DNA of 64,000 nt from Candidatus Methanophagaceae archaeon (GCA_003194435.1 PQXC01000001.1:70991-134990); one strand, 5' to 3'. Shown: positions 46,457-56,416, counted from the first letter of the stretch. Numbers and translations: made by a program. The notes: generated by a model from the sequence alone, not told the origin.

Positions 46457-47344
46457 TCACTTCACTATCTTGGTTATATCAATCTCAATGATATCCTCAG
46501 CGCCGAGCGCCTTCAATCTCGGTATCAATATATTCACCTTCTTTTTACTCACCACCGTCTCCACCGCGTAATATCTCCGCTCCGTACTATCGGAATCATA
46601 GAGCTGCGCTATCGTTGGCTTCTTCATCGCTGGTAGTGCAGATATGACCGCACGCAGCTTATCCTCTGCAACGTTCATACTCAGTAATACCCTGCCCCGT
46701 GCCTCTATCACGCCACTGAGCAGTGTTTTTATCTCCTCTATCTCACGCCTCTTGCCCGGCTCACGCCACGAGTCCTTATTCGCTATCAACTTCGTTGAGG
46801 ATTCGAGAATAGTATGAATAATGCGCCAGTTGTTCTTCCGAAGTGTCTCCCCCGTCTCTGTTAGCTCTACTATCCCATCCATCATATCCTTCGCTTCCGT
46901 AGCGCCATAAGAGAAGAAAATCTGGACGGGTATGCCGAGTTCATCGAAGAACGCTTTTGTAAGGTTTGGATATTCTGTACTGATCCGACTATTGGGTTTT
47001 ATATCCTCTGCTGCTCTTATATCACTATCTGCCTGAACTGCCAGTACAATTCTCACTTTACCATTCTTCTCCGCGGTCTTGCTGTAGCTCAAATCTGCTA
47101 TCTCCTCAACATCCGCGCCCCTCTCTACTATCCAATCCTTTCCTGTTATCCCTATGTCAAAATACCCCTTCTCTACATACTCCGGTATCTCCTGTGGTCT
47201 CAATATCTTCACCTTCTCTATCCTCGGGTCATCAATCTGTGGATTATACTCTCTACTTGTTACTTTTATCTCCAGGTCCGCCTGTTTGAATAGCTGCAGC
47301 GTCTGCGCCTCCAAACTACCTTTTGGTATCGCTATGCTTATCAT
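46457..47344 (-). CDS. hisG: ATP phosphoribosyltransferase, long form with a C-terminal regulatory domain.
   Basis: 'MISIAIPKGSLEAQTL' N-terminus. 'GYFDIGITGKDW'. PRPP loop 'STEYPNLTKAFF'. C-terminal His-binding regulatory domain. 295 aa. Confidence 0.85.
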   Translation of the reverse strand: MISIAIPKGSLEAQTLQLFKQADLEIKVTSREYNPQIDDPRIEKVKILRPQEIPEYVEKGYFDIGITGKDWIVERGADVEEIADLSYSKTAEKNGKVRIVLAVQADSDIRAAEDIKPNSRISTEYPNLTKAFFDELGIPVQIFFSYGATEAKDMMDGIVELTETGETLRKNNWRIIHTILESSTKLIANKDSWREPGKRREIEEIKTLLSGVIEARGRVLLSMNVAEDKLRAVISALPAMKKPTIAQLYDSDSTERRYYAVETVVSKKKVNILIPRLKALGAEDIIEIDITKIVK

Positions 47345-47454
47345 CTCCTCTACCTTCTTCTATTCATAGATGTTTATGACTTACGATTATAGTTATAGAT
47401 ATCAATAAATACCGGGAGTAGCATTTTAAATTATGTAGAAAGAGGCATTATGGT

Positions 47455-47976
47455 ATGGTAAGGATAGAAATAAGGAAGGCAGAAAACACGGATTTATGGG
47501 ACATCGCAAATATATGGCGCAGGAATATAAAAACGATAAATACAGCTTCTGATATCGCCAGATTATACCACTATTTCAAGAAATATTTCCTCATTGCGGT
47601 CATTCACAAGGAAGAGGAAAAGGAAGAAGGGTATGATATTATCGGTTTTATTGCTGGAGCAGTGAGAGATGGACACGGGCATGTCTCCGGGATCGCCGTG
47701 GAGCGTGAGTATAGGAGGCAGGGAATAGGTGGTAGCTTATTGCGGCGGTTGTACGAGGAATTCTACAATGACGGTTTTGAGCGAGTTACACTGGAAGTGC
47801 GGAAGAGTAACAAAGAAGCAATAAGGTTCTATGAGGGTCAGGGTTTTAAACCCGCTTTTGTTATACATGGCTATTACGCAGACGGTGAAGATGCCATAGT
47901 GTATGAGAAAAGATTTACATTTACCGATGAGAATCCTATTAGCCACAGGAAGGAAGGCAGAGTGGATGGTTCGTGA
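47455..47976 (+). CDS. GNAT family N-acetyltransferase (RimI-like).
   Basis: Acetyl-CoA binding 'VSGIAVEREYRRQGIGGSLLRRL'. 173 aa. Confidence 0.65.
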   Translation: MVRIEIRKAENTDLWDIANIWRRNIKTINTASDIARLYHYFKKYFLIAVIHKEEEKEEGYDIIGFIAGAVRDGHGHVSGIAVEREYRRQGIGGSLLRRLYEEFYNDGFERVTLEVRKSNKEAIRFYEGQGFKPAFVIHGYYADGEDAIVYEKRFTFTDENPISHRKEGRVDGS

Positions 47977-49507
47977 TGCGATAAAGGATATAAATGCAGA
48001 TGTAAATGGTGGTTCAGATTCTGCACTGCAATGTGAATGCGAAGTACTCACACAAGACCTGGATATAGCAGCATTCTCAACACCAGGGTCCTTGAGAAGG
48101 GCACTCGCTACACATACACAGCATGGTAACGGTAATAAGTATGACCTCATTCTGGTCTCAGGGCTTTGCAAAGCCGACTTCTCTCATTTAGAGCGAGAGT
48201 TGAAGACACCAATTCGGTTAGGACCGCGGAACGCATACGACATCGCAGAAACTTTAAAAATCGCTGATAGAATAGAATTCTCTGCACGGATACCTGCTGA
48301 TGTATTACTGAGAATGAAGAGGGAGGAGGATGCTAAACAGCTCTTACAGGTATTAGAGGGAAGAGCGAAGGGTAAGTTCAGGCTGAGGGGAGTGAAAATA
48401 GGAGGGGGTGCGAGGATGAAGGTCTGTGCAGAGCTTGTGGATGCAACTCTGATGGATGATGCTGATATACAACACAGAATGGGATATTTCATCGAGTGTG
48501 GCGCCGATATTGTGGATATTGGCGTTCATATAGGTGCGAATCCTGGGGATGTGAGAAGGACGATTAAGGCTGCTCGCAGTTTCGCACCTGAGCTCCCCAT
48601 CTCCGTTGATACCATGGAGCCGGAACTCATACTTGCAGGCATAGACTCAGGTGCCGATATGGTGCTCAGCCTCAACAGTGCGAATATCTCTGCAGTTGGG
48701 GATGCAATAGCGAGAAATGATATAGTAGCAGTTGTTGTACCCGATACCGATACCAATGCCAATACCACTGTCGGTCTTAAATTATCCACACTGTTTATGA
48801 ACATAAATACCGCACGTGAGATGGGCATCAAGCGCATAATAGCAGACCCTGTTCTTGATGCCGTCGGCTACGGAATAGGAGAGTCACTGCACCGGTATTA
48901 TCTCTTCAGGCTGCTGGATAAGTGTACACCACTATTCTTCGGTGCCGGTAACGTAACGGAGCTCATGGATGCTGATTCTACAGGCGTGAACGCACTTTTA
49001 GCTGGCATTGCCTCTGATATAGGTGCTGATATCCTTTTTACACCCGAATACAGTGCCAAGGCGAAGGGTAGTGTGAAGGAATTGCGAGTGGCATCGGAGA
49101 TGATGATGCTCTCGAAAGCTCGTAATAGCACACCTAAGGACCTCGGACTCGATCTTCTCATCATGAAAGAGAAGCGAAGTAAGCCGGTATTGCGAATTGA
49201 CGCTGACGCCGATGCAGAGGTTATAGAAGCGAAGAGCGCGAAGAAATGGCGACTCGACCCCGCAGGGTCTTTTGAAATCGGTATCTGTGAGGTTGGAGGC
49301 AGACGAAAGATATATGCTAAGCACCTGCCCTCTGGTATCCAGATAGTGGGTTTGAATGCGAAGGAAGTGATGGATACAATCCTGCGGCTGAAGAAGGTCT
49401 CGCTGCTGGAGCATGCATCATACCTGAGCAGGGAATTGATGAAGGCTGAGCTCGCACTATACCTTAACAGGGGTTATGAGCAGGATGAAACTCTATTTAG
49501 ATATTAG
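47966..49507 (+). CDS. Dihydropteroate-synthase-like pterin-binding protein with a C-terminal DUF4346-like domain (archaeal methanopterin/folate-analog biosynthesis family).
   Basis: Pterin-binding TIM-barrel blocks 'ADIVDIGVHIG', 'PISVDTMEPELILAGIDSGADMVLSL', 'IIADPVLDAVGYGIG'. About 150-aa C-terminal extension typical of the archaeal DHPS-like proteins. Internal Met 'MVRDAIKD' chosen as start, giving an 11-nt overlap with the rimI-like gene. Confidence 0.55.
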   Translation: MVRDAIKDINADVNGGSDSALQCECEVLTQDLDIAAFSTPGSLRRALATHTQHGNGNKYDLILVSGLCKADFSHLERELKTPIRLGPRNAYDIAETLKIADRIEFSARIPADVLLRMKREEDAKQLLQVLEGRAKGKFRLRGVKIGGGARMKVCAELVDATLMDDADIQHRMGYFIECGADIVDIGVHIGANPGDVRRTIKAARSFAPELPISVDTMEPELILAGIDSGADMVLSLNSANISAVGDAIARNDIVAVVVPDTDTNANTTVGLKLSTLFMNINTAREMGIKRIIADPVLDAVGYGIGESLHRYYLFRLLDKCTPLFFGAGNVTELMDADSTGVNALLAGIASDIGADILFTPEYSAKAKGSVKELRVASEMMMLSKARNSTPKDLGLDLLIMKEKRSKPVLRIDADADAEVIEAKSAKKWRLDPAGSFEIGICEVGGRRKIYAKHLPSGIQIVGLNAKEVMDTILRLKKVSLLEHASYLSRELMKAELALYLNRGYEQDETLFRY

Positions 49508-49566
49508 TTTGATATAGATAGGATAAACAGGTGCATCGGCTCATGTCATGCTTTATGTTTTATATT

Positions 49567-50913
49567 TTATGCTTCTTGCTTCTTCTCCTTCACTTCTGAA
49601 ATCGCTTCCCCATCCCGGAATAAGATTCTTAGCATGTCACCGGTCGTGATATCCATCACACTCCTCACCACCTTTTGTTCCTTCAAGCAGATACTATAAC
49701 CCCGTTCGAGGATTGCTCGCGGACTTAAAGCATCCAGTTTACCGGTAAGAGCCTGTAAGCCCTTCTTGTGTAGCTGCACACGATGCATAACCTCTGCAAT
49801 CAGGGTCCTCTTCAGTTCATCCACCATCTGCCGATATTGGTTTATCCTCTCGGTGGGCTTTCTGAACAGGACGTTCTTTTCTATACTCTCAAGTCTCCGC
49901 CTTTGCTGCTCTATCATCTTGTAGATGTTCTGCCGCAGTTGCAGTTCAAGCGTACTCAGATTCTTCTCTATCTGCCGCTTATCAGGCACGACCAGCTCAG
50001 CAGCTTCTGATGGTGTTGCCGCTCGCCGGTCTGCAACGAAATCCGAGATGGTGAAGTCGGTTTCATGCCCCACTGCCGATATTACAGGTATTTCAGATGA
50101 GAATATCGCTCTTGCTACACTCTCCTCGTTAAATGCCCACAGCTCTTCTATTGAACCACCACCTCGTCCCACCACGAGCACATCCACCTTCTTAAGTTCC
50201 CTATTCACACGATTCATCAGCTTGATGGCATTAACAATCTGAGGAGCGGCTTCTTCGCCCTGTACTGCTACCGGTGCCAGCAGGATATGCACATGCGGGA
50301 ATCGCCGCCTCGTGATGTTTATCATATCACGGATGGCTGCACCGGTAGGGGAGGTGATAATGCCTATGGTATGGGGAATAACCGGTATCGGCTTCTTATG
50401 TGCGGCATCGAACATGCCTTCGTCCTTAAGCTTCTTCTTCAACTGCTCAAAAGCTCGATATAGCGCACCTATACCCGACTCCTGCAGCTCTTCTACATAC
50501 AACTGATACCTGCCCCGTTTCTCATACACGCTTATATGCCCCCGGACTATCACACTCATACCATCTTCAAGCGTGAATTTCAGTAATGCATTCCTATCAC
50601 GAAACATCACACACCGCAGCTCTGAATATTCATCCTTGAGTGTGAAATAGACATGCCCGGAAGTGGGTTGACTCACATTGGAGAGCTCTCCCTTTACATA
50701 AATATCCCTTAATAACTCATCACTATCCAATTTCTGCCTGATGTAGCGCGTTATTTCCCATACAGAGTATATACGAGTATGAGTTTTTTCTTTTTCTTCT
50801 CCGTCTCCTACTTCTCCTTCGCCCGGTACATCTTCCTCTATCACCGCAGCAGCAGTATCATCTTCTTTCTTCAGATGCAGGAAGTCCAGTAGTGTTATCT
50901 TTGGCTTTACCAT
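49567..50913 (-). CDS. xseA: Exodeoxyribonuclease VII large subunit.
   Basis: OB-fold N-terminus 'YVKGELSNVSQPTSGHVYFTLKDE'. Catalytic core 'VLVVGRGGGSIEELWAFNEE'. Coiled-coil C-terminus. 448 aa. No xseB-sized ORF adjacent. Confidence 0.8.
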   Translation of the reverse strand: MVKPKITLLDFLHLKKEDDTAAAVIEEDVPGEGEVGDGEEKEKTHTRIYSVWEITRYIRQKLDSDELLRDIYVKGELSNVSQPTSGHVYFTLKDEYSELRCVMFRDRNALLKFTLEDGMSVIVRGHISVYEKRGRYQLYVEELQESGIGALYRAFEQLKKKLKDEGMFDAAHKKPIPVIPHTIGIITSPTGAAIRDMINITRRRFPHVHILLAPVAVQGEEAAPQIVNAIKLMNRVNRELKKVDVLVVGRGGGSIEELWAFNEESVARAIFSSEIPVISAVGHETDFTISDFVADRRAATPSEAAELVVPDKRQIEKNLSTLELQLRQNIYKMIEQQRRRLESIEKNVLFRKPTERINQYRQMVDELKRTLIAEVMHRVQLHKKGLQALTGKLDALSPRAILERGYSICLKEQKVVRSVMDITTGDMLRILFRDGEAISEVKEKKQEA

Positions 50914-50914
50914 T

Positions 50915-51481
50915 TTATAGCATCTCTTTTATGAGTGCGGGTTTCTTCAATATAAGTGAGGGGTATCCCAGATAGGGAACACGCACCCTTGCTACCGCTA
51001 TGACCCATTCTGGCTTCACTGGCTCAATCCGGACCCACCTGCCATCACTAACCCTCACAGCCAGACACTGCTGGTCATAGGCACTATTATTGTCACCCTT
51101 TGTAATGTAACCCGCATGAGGCGCAGGTCTACCATCAGGCATCTTATCCCCCTTGTTCACCCAGTACATCGCACGGTGTATAATCGGTGTTACGGAGGAG
51201 AACCCATCTGGTCTGTATATAATCACGTCCCCGTAATTATTGAATGATTTATAATTGCATTGCATACCCTCCTCGTACGTTATGATATGTGTGCGATGCG
51301 GTGATTGTACGAATATCAAATCCCCTACCTGCATGTTTGGTACCATACTCCCGGACTCAACAGCATAGCCGATGTGCCACGTACCCGTGAGCGCATATGC
51401 CACCACTATTATAAGACCAACAATCAACACCGCCTCCGTCAGACTCTTACCTGTTTCTATCAGTGCCCCCTTCATTCCCAT
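50915..51481 (-). CDS. Signal peptidase I, archaeal/eukaryal Sec11 (S26B) type.
   Basis: N-terminal TM 'AVLIVGLIIVVAYALTG'. 'VESGSMVPNMQVGDLIFVQS' (SGSMxP catalytic Ser block). 188 aa. Confidence 0.65.
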   Translation of the reverse strand: MGMKGALIETGKSLTEAVLIVGLIIVVAYALTGTWHIGYAVESGSMVPNMQVGDLIFVQSPHRTHIITYEEGMQCNYKSFNNYGDVIIYRPDGFSSVTPIIHRAMYWVNKGDKMPDGRPAPHAGYITKGDNNSAYDQQCLAVRVSDGRWVRIEPVKPEWVIAVARVRVPYLGYPSLILKKPALIKEML

Positions 51482-51606
51482 ATTTTCAACCTCGTTTGCT
51501 ATTTGTATTTATCTGGTATTATACTCCCTTTACTACTATAAAAGGTTTAAAAATGAGAGCATAACATAATAAGGAGTATAAAGAATAGGAAGAGGAAGGA
51601 GTAGAG

Positions 51607-52671
51607 ATGAAAAGTAAAAGTACTAGTACTGGTCTCGTCTATCATGCCTCTTATTTGAGACATTATACAGGGCGTACTCACCCTGAGAGAGCCGAACGAC
51701 TGCTATCTATAATGAAAAAACTGGATGCGGAGGGTATAACTGGGAGAGTGGAACTGCTATCGCCGGTAAAAGCATCCAGGGAGCAGATAGGATACGTCCA
51801 CCAGGGCGCATATATATCGAAAGTGGAAGTGATGAGTGCTCGTGGTGGGGGTATGCTCGACCCTGATACGCCAATCTGCCCTGATAGCTTTGAGATAGCC
51901 CTACTCGCGGCAGGAGGTGTGCTCAAAGCGGTAGATACAATAATGGAAGAACGCACAATGAAGCATATATTTGCACTGATAAGACCGCCCGGGCATCATG
52001 CTACCTCGAGCAGGGGTATGGGGTTCTGCATATTCAACAATATTGCGATTGCTGCTGAGCATTTAAAGCGTGAATATGGTATTAAGCGCATTTTAATTGC
52101 TGATTGGGATGTACATCATGGTAATGGTACGCAGGAGGCGTTCTTAAATGACCCTTCTGTCCTCTACTTCTCTCTGCATCAGTATCCCTATTATCCCGGC
52201 ACTGGCTGGCTGACTGAAGTGGGTAAAGGAGCAGGAGAAGGCTACACAATAAACGTCCCGCTTCCTGCCGGTACCGATGATGGCGGATACCTTTATGCAT
52301 TGGATAATCTGCTGATGCCAGTAGCACGGGAGTTCAAGCCCGAATTTGTACTCGTGTCTGCTGGTTTCGACCCCCATGTTGACGACCCGCTGGCTTCTAT
52401 GAAGGTAACTTCTCATGGCTTTGGATTGTTCACGGATGTAATAAAGGAGATAGCAGTAGAGAACAGCAATGGCAGGCTCGCAATAACTCTGGAAGGTGGA
52501 TATAATCTGTCAGCAATTGCAGAATCAGCTTCTGCTGTCTTCTATTCCCTGCTCGCCGGAACTGATGATAAGGATAAGCATCGGGAAGCAGTGACACCAG
52601 GAGAAGTAGTGAAGAGAAGAGTAGAAGAGGTGAGAGATGTATTGAGTAGATACTGGAGTATGCGCTCATGA
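51607..52671 (+). CDS. Histone-deacetylase-family amidohydrolase (AcuC / acetylpolyamine amidohydrolase-like).
   Basis: 'RPPGHHA'. 'GFCIFNNIAIAA'. 'ILIADWDVHHGNGTQE'. 'GGYN' near the C-terminus. These are HDAC Zn-site and charge-relay motifs. Confidence 0.75.
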   Translation: MKSKSTSTGLVYHASYLRHYTGRTHPERAERLLSIMKKLDAEGITGRVELLSPVKASREQIGYVHQGAYISKVEVMSARGGGMLDPDTPICPDSFEIALLAAGGVLKAVDTIMEERTMKHIFALIRPPGHHATSSRGMGFCIFNNIAIAAEHLKREYGIKRILIADWDVHHGNGTQEAFLNDPSVLYFSLHQYPYYPGTGWLTEVGKGAGEGYTINVPLPAGTDDGGYLYALDNLLMPVAREFKPEFVLVSAGFDPHVDDPLASMKVTSHGFGLFTDVIKEIAVENSNGRLAITLEGGYNLSAIAESASAVFYSLLAGTDDKDKHREAVTPGEVVKRRVEEVRDVLSRYWSMRS

Positions 52672-52678
52672 ATGTCGT

Positions 52679-53740
52679 GTGATACATATGATAGAGATAG
52701 ACGGTTCAGTAGGAGAGGGGGGAGGGCAGATAGTAAGAACCGCAATCGCTCTTGCTGCTATAACCGGGCAGGAAGTGGAGATAAGGAACATAAGAGCTAA
52801 TAGACCCAATCCTGGTCTTGCAGCACAACATCTACATGCCGTTAAAGCAGTAGAGAGATTGTCAGGCGGTAAGACTGAGGGGCTGCAATTGCATTCCCAG
52901 AAGCTGAAGTTCTCACCTGGCGATTTGAAGTGCATCAATACTGAGCTGGATATAGGTACCGCAGGTAGCATAACATTGTTATTGCAATGTCTTATCCCGG
53001 TTGCATTGTTCGCGGATTGTGAGAGTGTGGTGAGGGTAAAAGGTGGAACAGATGTGAGATGGGCTCCCCCGATTGATTTCTACACAGGTGTATTCCTGAA
53101 AGCTCTGAATGCTATGGGCTGTGATATCCAGATTGATGTGAAGCAGCGGGGTTATTATCCAAGGGGTGGAGGGTTGGTAGAAGTGCGAATATCACCTCTG
53201 GATGGTACGCTAAGAGGGTTTAAACCTGAACCAGAGCAGCAGGGGCCAGAACCAGAGAGCAGAATGGTAGTAAGTGGCATCTCGCATTCCCGCGGTCTGC
53301 CCGCACATGTAACAGAGCGGCAGGCGAGAGCAGCGGAGCAGGTATTGCATGATTACGGCTACAGCGCTGCAATAGAGTTAGAGCGTGATGTGGGCGATAA
53401 AACGCCATCAGGAGCAGCATCAACTGGCAGTGGCATTACCCTATGGCTGGGCTATAAGAGCGGCAGTGCACTTGGTAAGCCAGGAAAGAGAGCGGAACTC
53501 GTGGGTGAAGAAGCAGCTCATGAGATAATAAAAGAACTGAATTCCTCTTCCACCGTTGATATACACCTCGCTGACCAGCTTATACCCTATATTGCTCTTG
53601 CGGATACCGGTTCAGAGCTGAAGGTCAGGGAGATGACGGAACATCTCAGGACGAATATATACGTGACGAAGAGATTCCTGGCTGATATCGAGTTTGAAGT
53701 TATAAAGAGCAGTGATGTGGTGGTAATCAGGAGAGAATAA
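52679..53740 (+). CDS. rtcA: RNA 3'-terminal phosphate cyclase.
   Basis: 'MIEIDGSVGEGGGQIVRTAIALAAITGQ' N-terminus. Adenylation His region 'LADQLIPYIALA'. 353 aa. Confidence 0.85.
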   Translation: MIHMIEIDGSVGEGGGQIVRTAIALAAITGQEVEIRNIRANRPNPGLAAQHLHAVKAVERLSGGKTEGLQLHSQKLKFSPGDLKCINTELDIGTAGSITLLLQCLIPVALFADCESVVRVKGGTDVRWAPPIDFYTGVFLKALNAMGCDIQIDVKQRGYYPRGGGLVEVRISPLDGTLRGFKPEPEQQGPEPESRMVVSGISHSRGLPAHVTERQARAAEQVLHDYGYSAAIELERDVGDKTPSGAASTGSGITLWLGYKSGSALGKPGKRAELVGEEAAHEIIKELNSSSTVDIHLADQLIPYIALADTGSELKVREMTEHLRTNIYVTKRFLADIEFEVIKSSDVVVIRRE

Positions 53741-53835
53741 ACTTATTACAGCCCCTTCCACTAACCACTAACTACCGTTCGGCACATAACAAAATATAAA
53801 AAATATGTGAGGAAACATTATATTTTAATAAACTA

Positions 53836-55806
53836 ATGAGAGCGGTTTGGAGCGGTTCTATAAGCTGGGGACTTGTAAATATACCGATAAAATTATATTC
53901 GGCAGTGGAATCCAGGGGAGCAGATTTCAAGTTGTTGTGTAAGGAGCATAAATCGCCGATACGTTATAAGCGGGTCTGTGAAGCTGGAGGAGAAGAGGTT
54001 GGATGGAACGATATTGTTAATGGATTAGAACTGGAAAAAGGCAATTATTTTATACTCACAAAAGATGAACTGGATAAACTAAAACCAGAAGGAAAGGAGA
54101 ATCTGGAGATATTAGAATTTGTGGATAAAAGAGAATTGGAGCCGATTTACTATGATAAGAGCTATTTCGCAGTGCCAAAGGAAAAGAGCGAGAAGGCGTA
54201 TTTCCTGCTCAAAGAACTGCTGGATGAAATGGGAATCATCGCAATAGGTAAATTTGTGATGCGGAACAAGGAGTATATATGCGCTTTACAGCCTTTTAGG
54301 GAGGGTATGCTTTTATCTACACTCCATTATCACCAGTATGTCAGAGACATCGGCGAAATCGTGATGGGAGAGCGACCCGAGATAGGTGCTGAGGAGAAGG
54401 AGTTGGGCAAGCTGCTCATAGAGAAGCATCTCAAAAAAGAACTTCATCTGGAGAAGTTCAGGGATACATTCATGGAACGATTGAAAGATTTGATAAGGAG
54501 GAAGATGGAAGGTAAAGAGATAGAAATAGGTGAATTGCCGAAGCGAGAAGAGAAAAGCCTCGTGGATGCATTAAAAGCGAGTGTGGAAGGTATTGAAAAA
54601 CCAGCGCCAACAATACCTGTAACAACACCAATAGCGTATCCGGAGGAGCGCGCGAAAGGGGTGGAGCGCATTAGCATTAGCCGAGAATACCTCCCTATGC
54701 TATGCGAAAAGGGGATAGAAAGGGTTCTCGATGAAAAAGGCTATATTTTTGAACCCAAGATGGATGGGACGAGGTGTATAGCAGAGGTGTACGAGGAGGT
54801 GAGGCTGATCAACAGAAGAGGGAGGGATATAAGCAAGAGATACCCCGAGATAGTGAAGGAACTGGGAAGGGTAACACATAACTGTGTTTTAGATGGAGAA
54901 ATCGTGTGTTTTAATGAAGAAGGGGTTCCCGATTTCAATCTATTACAAAAAAGAGAGCAAATTGATTCGGATTTACTGATAGAAGCCAGAGCAAAGGGGA
55001 TACCTGCAACATATGTGGTATTTGACATCCTGGCAAGAGGAGAAGAAGATTTATCAGAGAAGCCGTTGGGTGAGAGGAAGAAGATATTGGATGAAACGGT
55101 GCAAGATGCTGAGCACATCATGAAAATTGATTATGAGGCGGATGGTAGAAAGCTCTGGGACGAGATAAGGAAAAAGGGGATGGAGGGCGTGGTTGCCAAA
55201 AGAGTGGATAGTGCTTATTACCCCGGAATGAGGAAATGGGATTGGCTCAAGCTGAAAAATTTGAAGACAATTGATGTGGTGCTCGTGGGTTATACCACTG
55301 AGAAACGAGAGATAAGCGCTCTGGGAATGGCTCTCTATCAGGATGCTGACCTGGTTTACATAGGCAGTGTGGGAACGGGCTTTAGTGAGAATTTAATAAA
55401 GATGTTGAAGCGCGAGATAAGGGAATTAAAGTTAAAAACAGATAAAGCACCGGTAGTTAACCCGGAGAAAGTTAAGCATAAGGGAATGAAATGGATCAAA
55501 CCGCATCTTGTGGGCGAGATACAGTATCTCGAGGTGACTGGCGGCGGTGAGTTAAGGGCGCCGAGTTTTAAGGGGTTAAGGTGGGATAAGCCCATAGAAG
55601 AATGCAGTTTCGACCAGTTGTGGAAGGGGAGAATAGAAGAGTGCATTGAGATATTTAATCACGAGGCGGCTCAGCCTGTGAGTGTATATGAACATGAACG
55701 ACTGTGTGAGGATTACCTTGTTGAGCAGCCTACGCTGTTAAAAGGCGGTAGTGCTATTCCATATGCCTGGGTTAAGGCAAAACTGGAGGCATATAGGAGG
55801 GGATAG
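53836..55806 (+). CDS. Fusion protein: N-terminal Ku DNA-end-binding domain (~aa 1-260) joined to a C-terminal ATP-dependent DNA ligase (LigD-type ligase domain, ~aa 283-656).
   Basis: Ku: 'AVWSGSISWGLVNIPIKLYSAVE' (bacterial/archaeal Ku N-terminal signature), 'YFAVPKEKSEKAYFLLKELL'. Ligase: motif I 'EPKMDGTRCI' (KxDG). Motif III 'YVVFDIL'. Motif IV 'DGEIV'. Motif V 'EGVVAKR'. Motif VI 'KWDWLKLK'. One uninterrupted 656-aa ORF. Confidence 0.8.
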   Translation: MRAVWSGSISWGLVNIPIKLYSAVESRGADFKLLCKEHKSPIRYKRVCEAGGEEVGWNDIVNGLELEKGNYFILTKDELDKLKPEGKENLEILEFVDKRELEPIYYDKSYFAVPKEKSEKAYFLLKELLDEMGIIAIGKFVMRNKEYICALQPFREGMLLSTLHYHQYVRDIGEIVMGERPEIGAEEKELGKLLIEKHLKKELHLEKFRDTFMERLKDLIRRKMEGKEIEIGELPKREEKSLVDALKASVEGIEKPAPTIPVTTPIAYPEERAKGVERISISREYLPMLCEKGIERVLDEKGYIFEPKMDGTRCIAEVYEEVRLINRRGRDISKRYPEIVKELGRVTHNCVLDGEIVCFNEEGVPDFNLLQKREQIDSDLLIEARAKGIPATYVVFDILARGEEDLSEKPLGERKKILDETVQDAEHIMKIDYEADGRKLWDEIRKKGMEGVVAKRVDSAYYPGMRKWDWLKLKNLKTIDVVLVGYTTEKREISALGMALYQDADLVYIGSVGTGFSENLIKMLKREIRELKLKTDKAPVVNPEKVKHKGMKWIKPHLVGEIQYLEVTGGGELRAPSFKGLRWDKPIEECSFDQLWKGRIEECIEIFNHEAAQPVSVYEHERLCEDYLVEQPTLLKGGSAIPYAWVKAKLEAYRRG

Positions 55807-56094
55807 AGATTGGAAAACCTTATTTAAAGTTAAGTAAATTAACTAAATGAAACATAACCTTTATTCTCAGCAATCTTTTTTGTTTGTATAACTCTTGCCG
55901 TTCAATACGTTCAATAATTTGTTGTCTCTTAAAACCGGTTCTCACTTTCTCACTGAAAGTCTTCTTGCTCTTGCATCTGAGTAGCGCAGTACAGTATTCA
56001 AAGTTTATAGGTCACAAAATTTATGAACTGCTCTCCACCAGAAAGGTATCAGAAAACTTTATTTAGGTATTCAATCCAATTATAAAGAGAAAAA

Positions 56095-56125
56095 ATAAAA
56101 ACTATAAATAGAAACCAGAGGGGAG
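56095..56125 (+). promoter_or_regulatory. Candidate archaeal TATA box ('CTATAAATAG') with a Shine-Dalgarno-like 'GAGGGGAG' directly upstream of the nrdH-like/nrdD genes.
   Basis: Seen at 56102-56111 and 56116-56123. ATG at 56126. Preceded by a 320-bp AT-rich intergenic region. Confidence 0.3.
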
Positions 56126-56407
56126 ATGATAAGGGTCTATTCAACGAAGGTTTGCCCACATTGCAAGCAGGTGAAGGATTTTTTAGCTGCAGCAGGCGTG
56201 AAATATGAAGATGTGGATATTACAACTCCTGAAGCACTTACCGAACTGAGAATGAACGGTGTATTCACGCTTATTACTCCCGTTCTCCAGGTTGGTTCTA
56301 CATTTATCACTCATGAGGAGCTATTTGATGGTGAGGATTTGAAGGTGGAAACGCTAAAAAAATTGATTGGGGAAAAGGAAGAAGGAGGAGGAAAAGAGGA
56401 GGTATAG
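56126..56407 (+). CDS. Glutaredoxin-like (NrdH-like) small redox protein.
   Basis: 'VYSTKVCPHCKQVKDFL' CxxC thioredoxin-fold motif. 93 aa. Directly upstream of nrdD. Confidence 0.6.
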   Translation: MIRVYSTKVCPHCKQVKDFLAAAGVKYEDVDITTPEALTELRMNGVFTLITPVLQVGSTFITHEELFDGEDLKVETLKKLIGEKEEGGGKEEV

Positions 56408-56416
56408 AAGATAGAA

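Noticed and set aside
49508-49566. Search for xseB next to xseA
   Set aside because: Only 59 nt between xseA and the upstream gene, and a signal-peptidase gene abuts the other side. No small-subunit ORF is present in the window.
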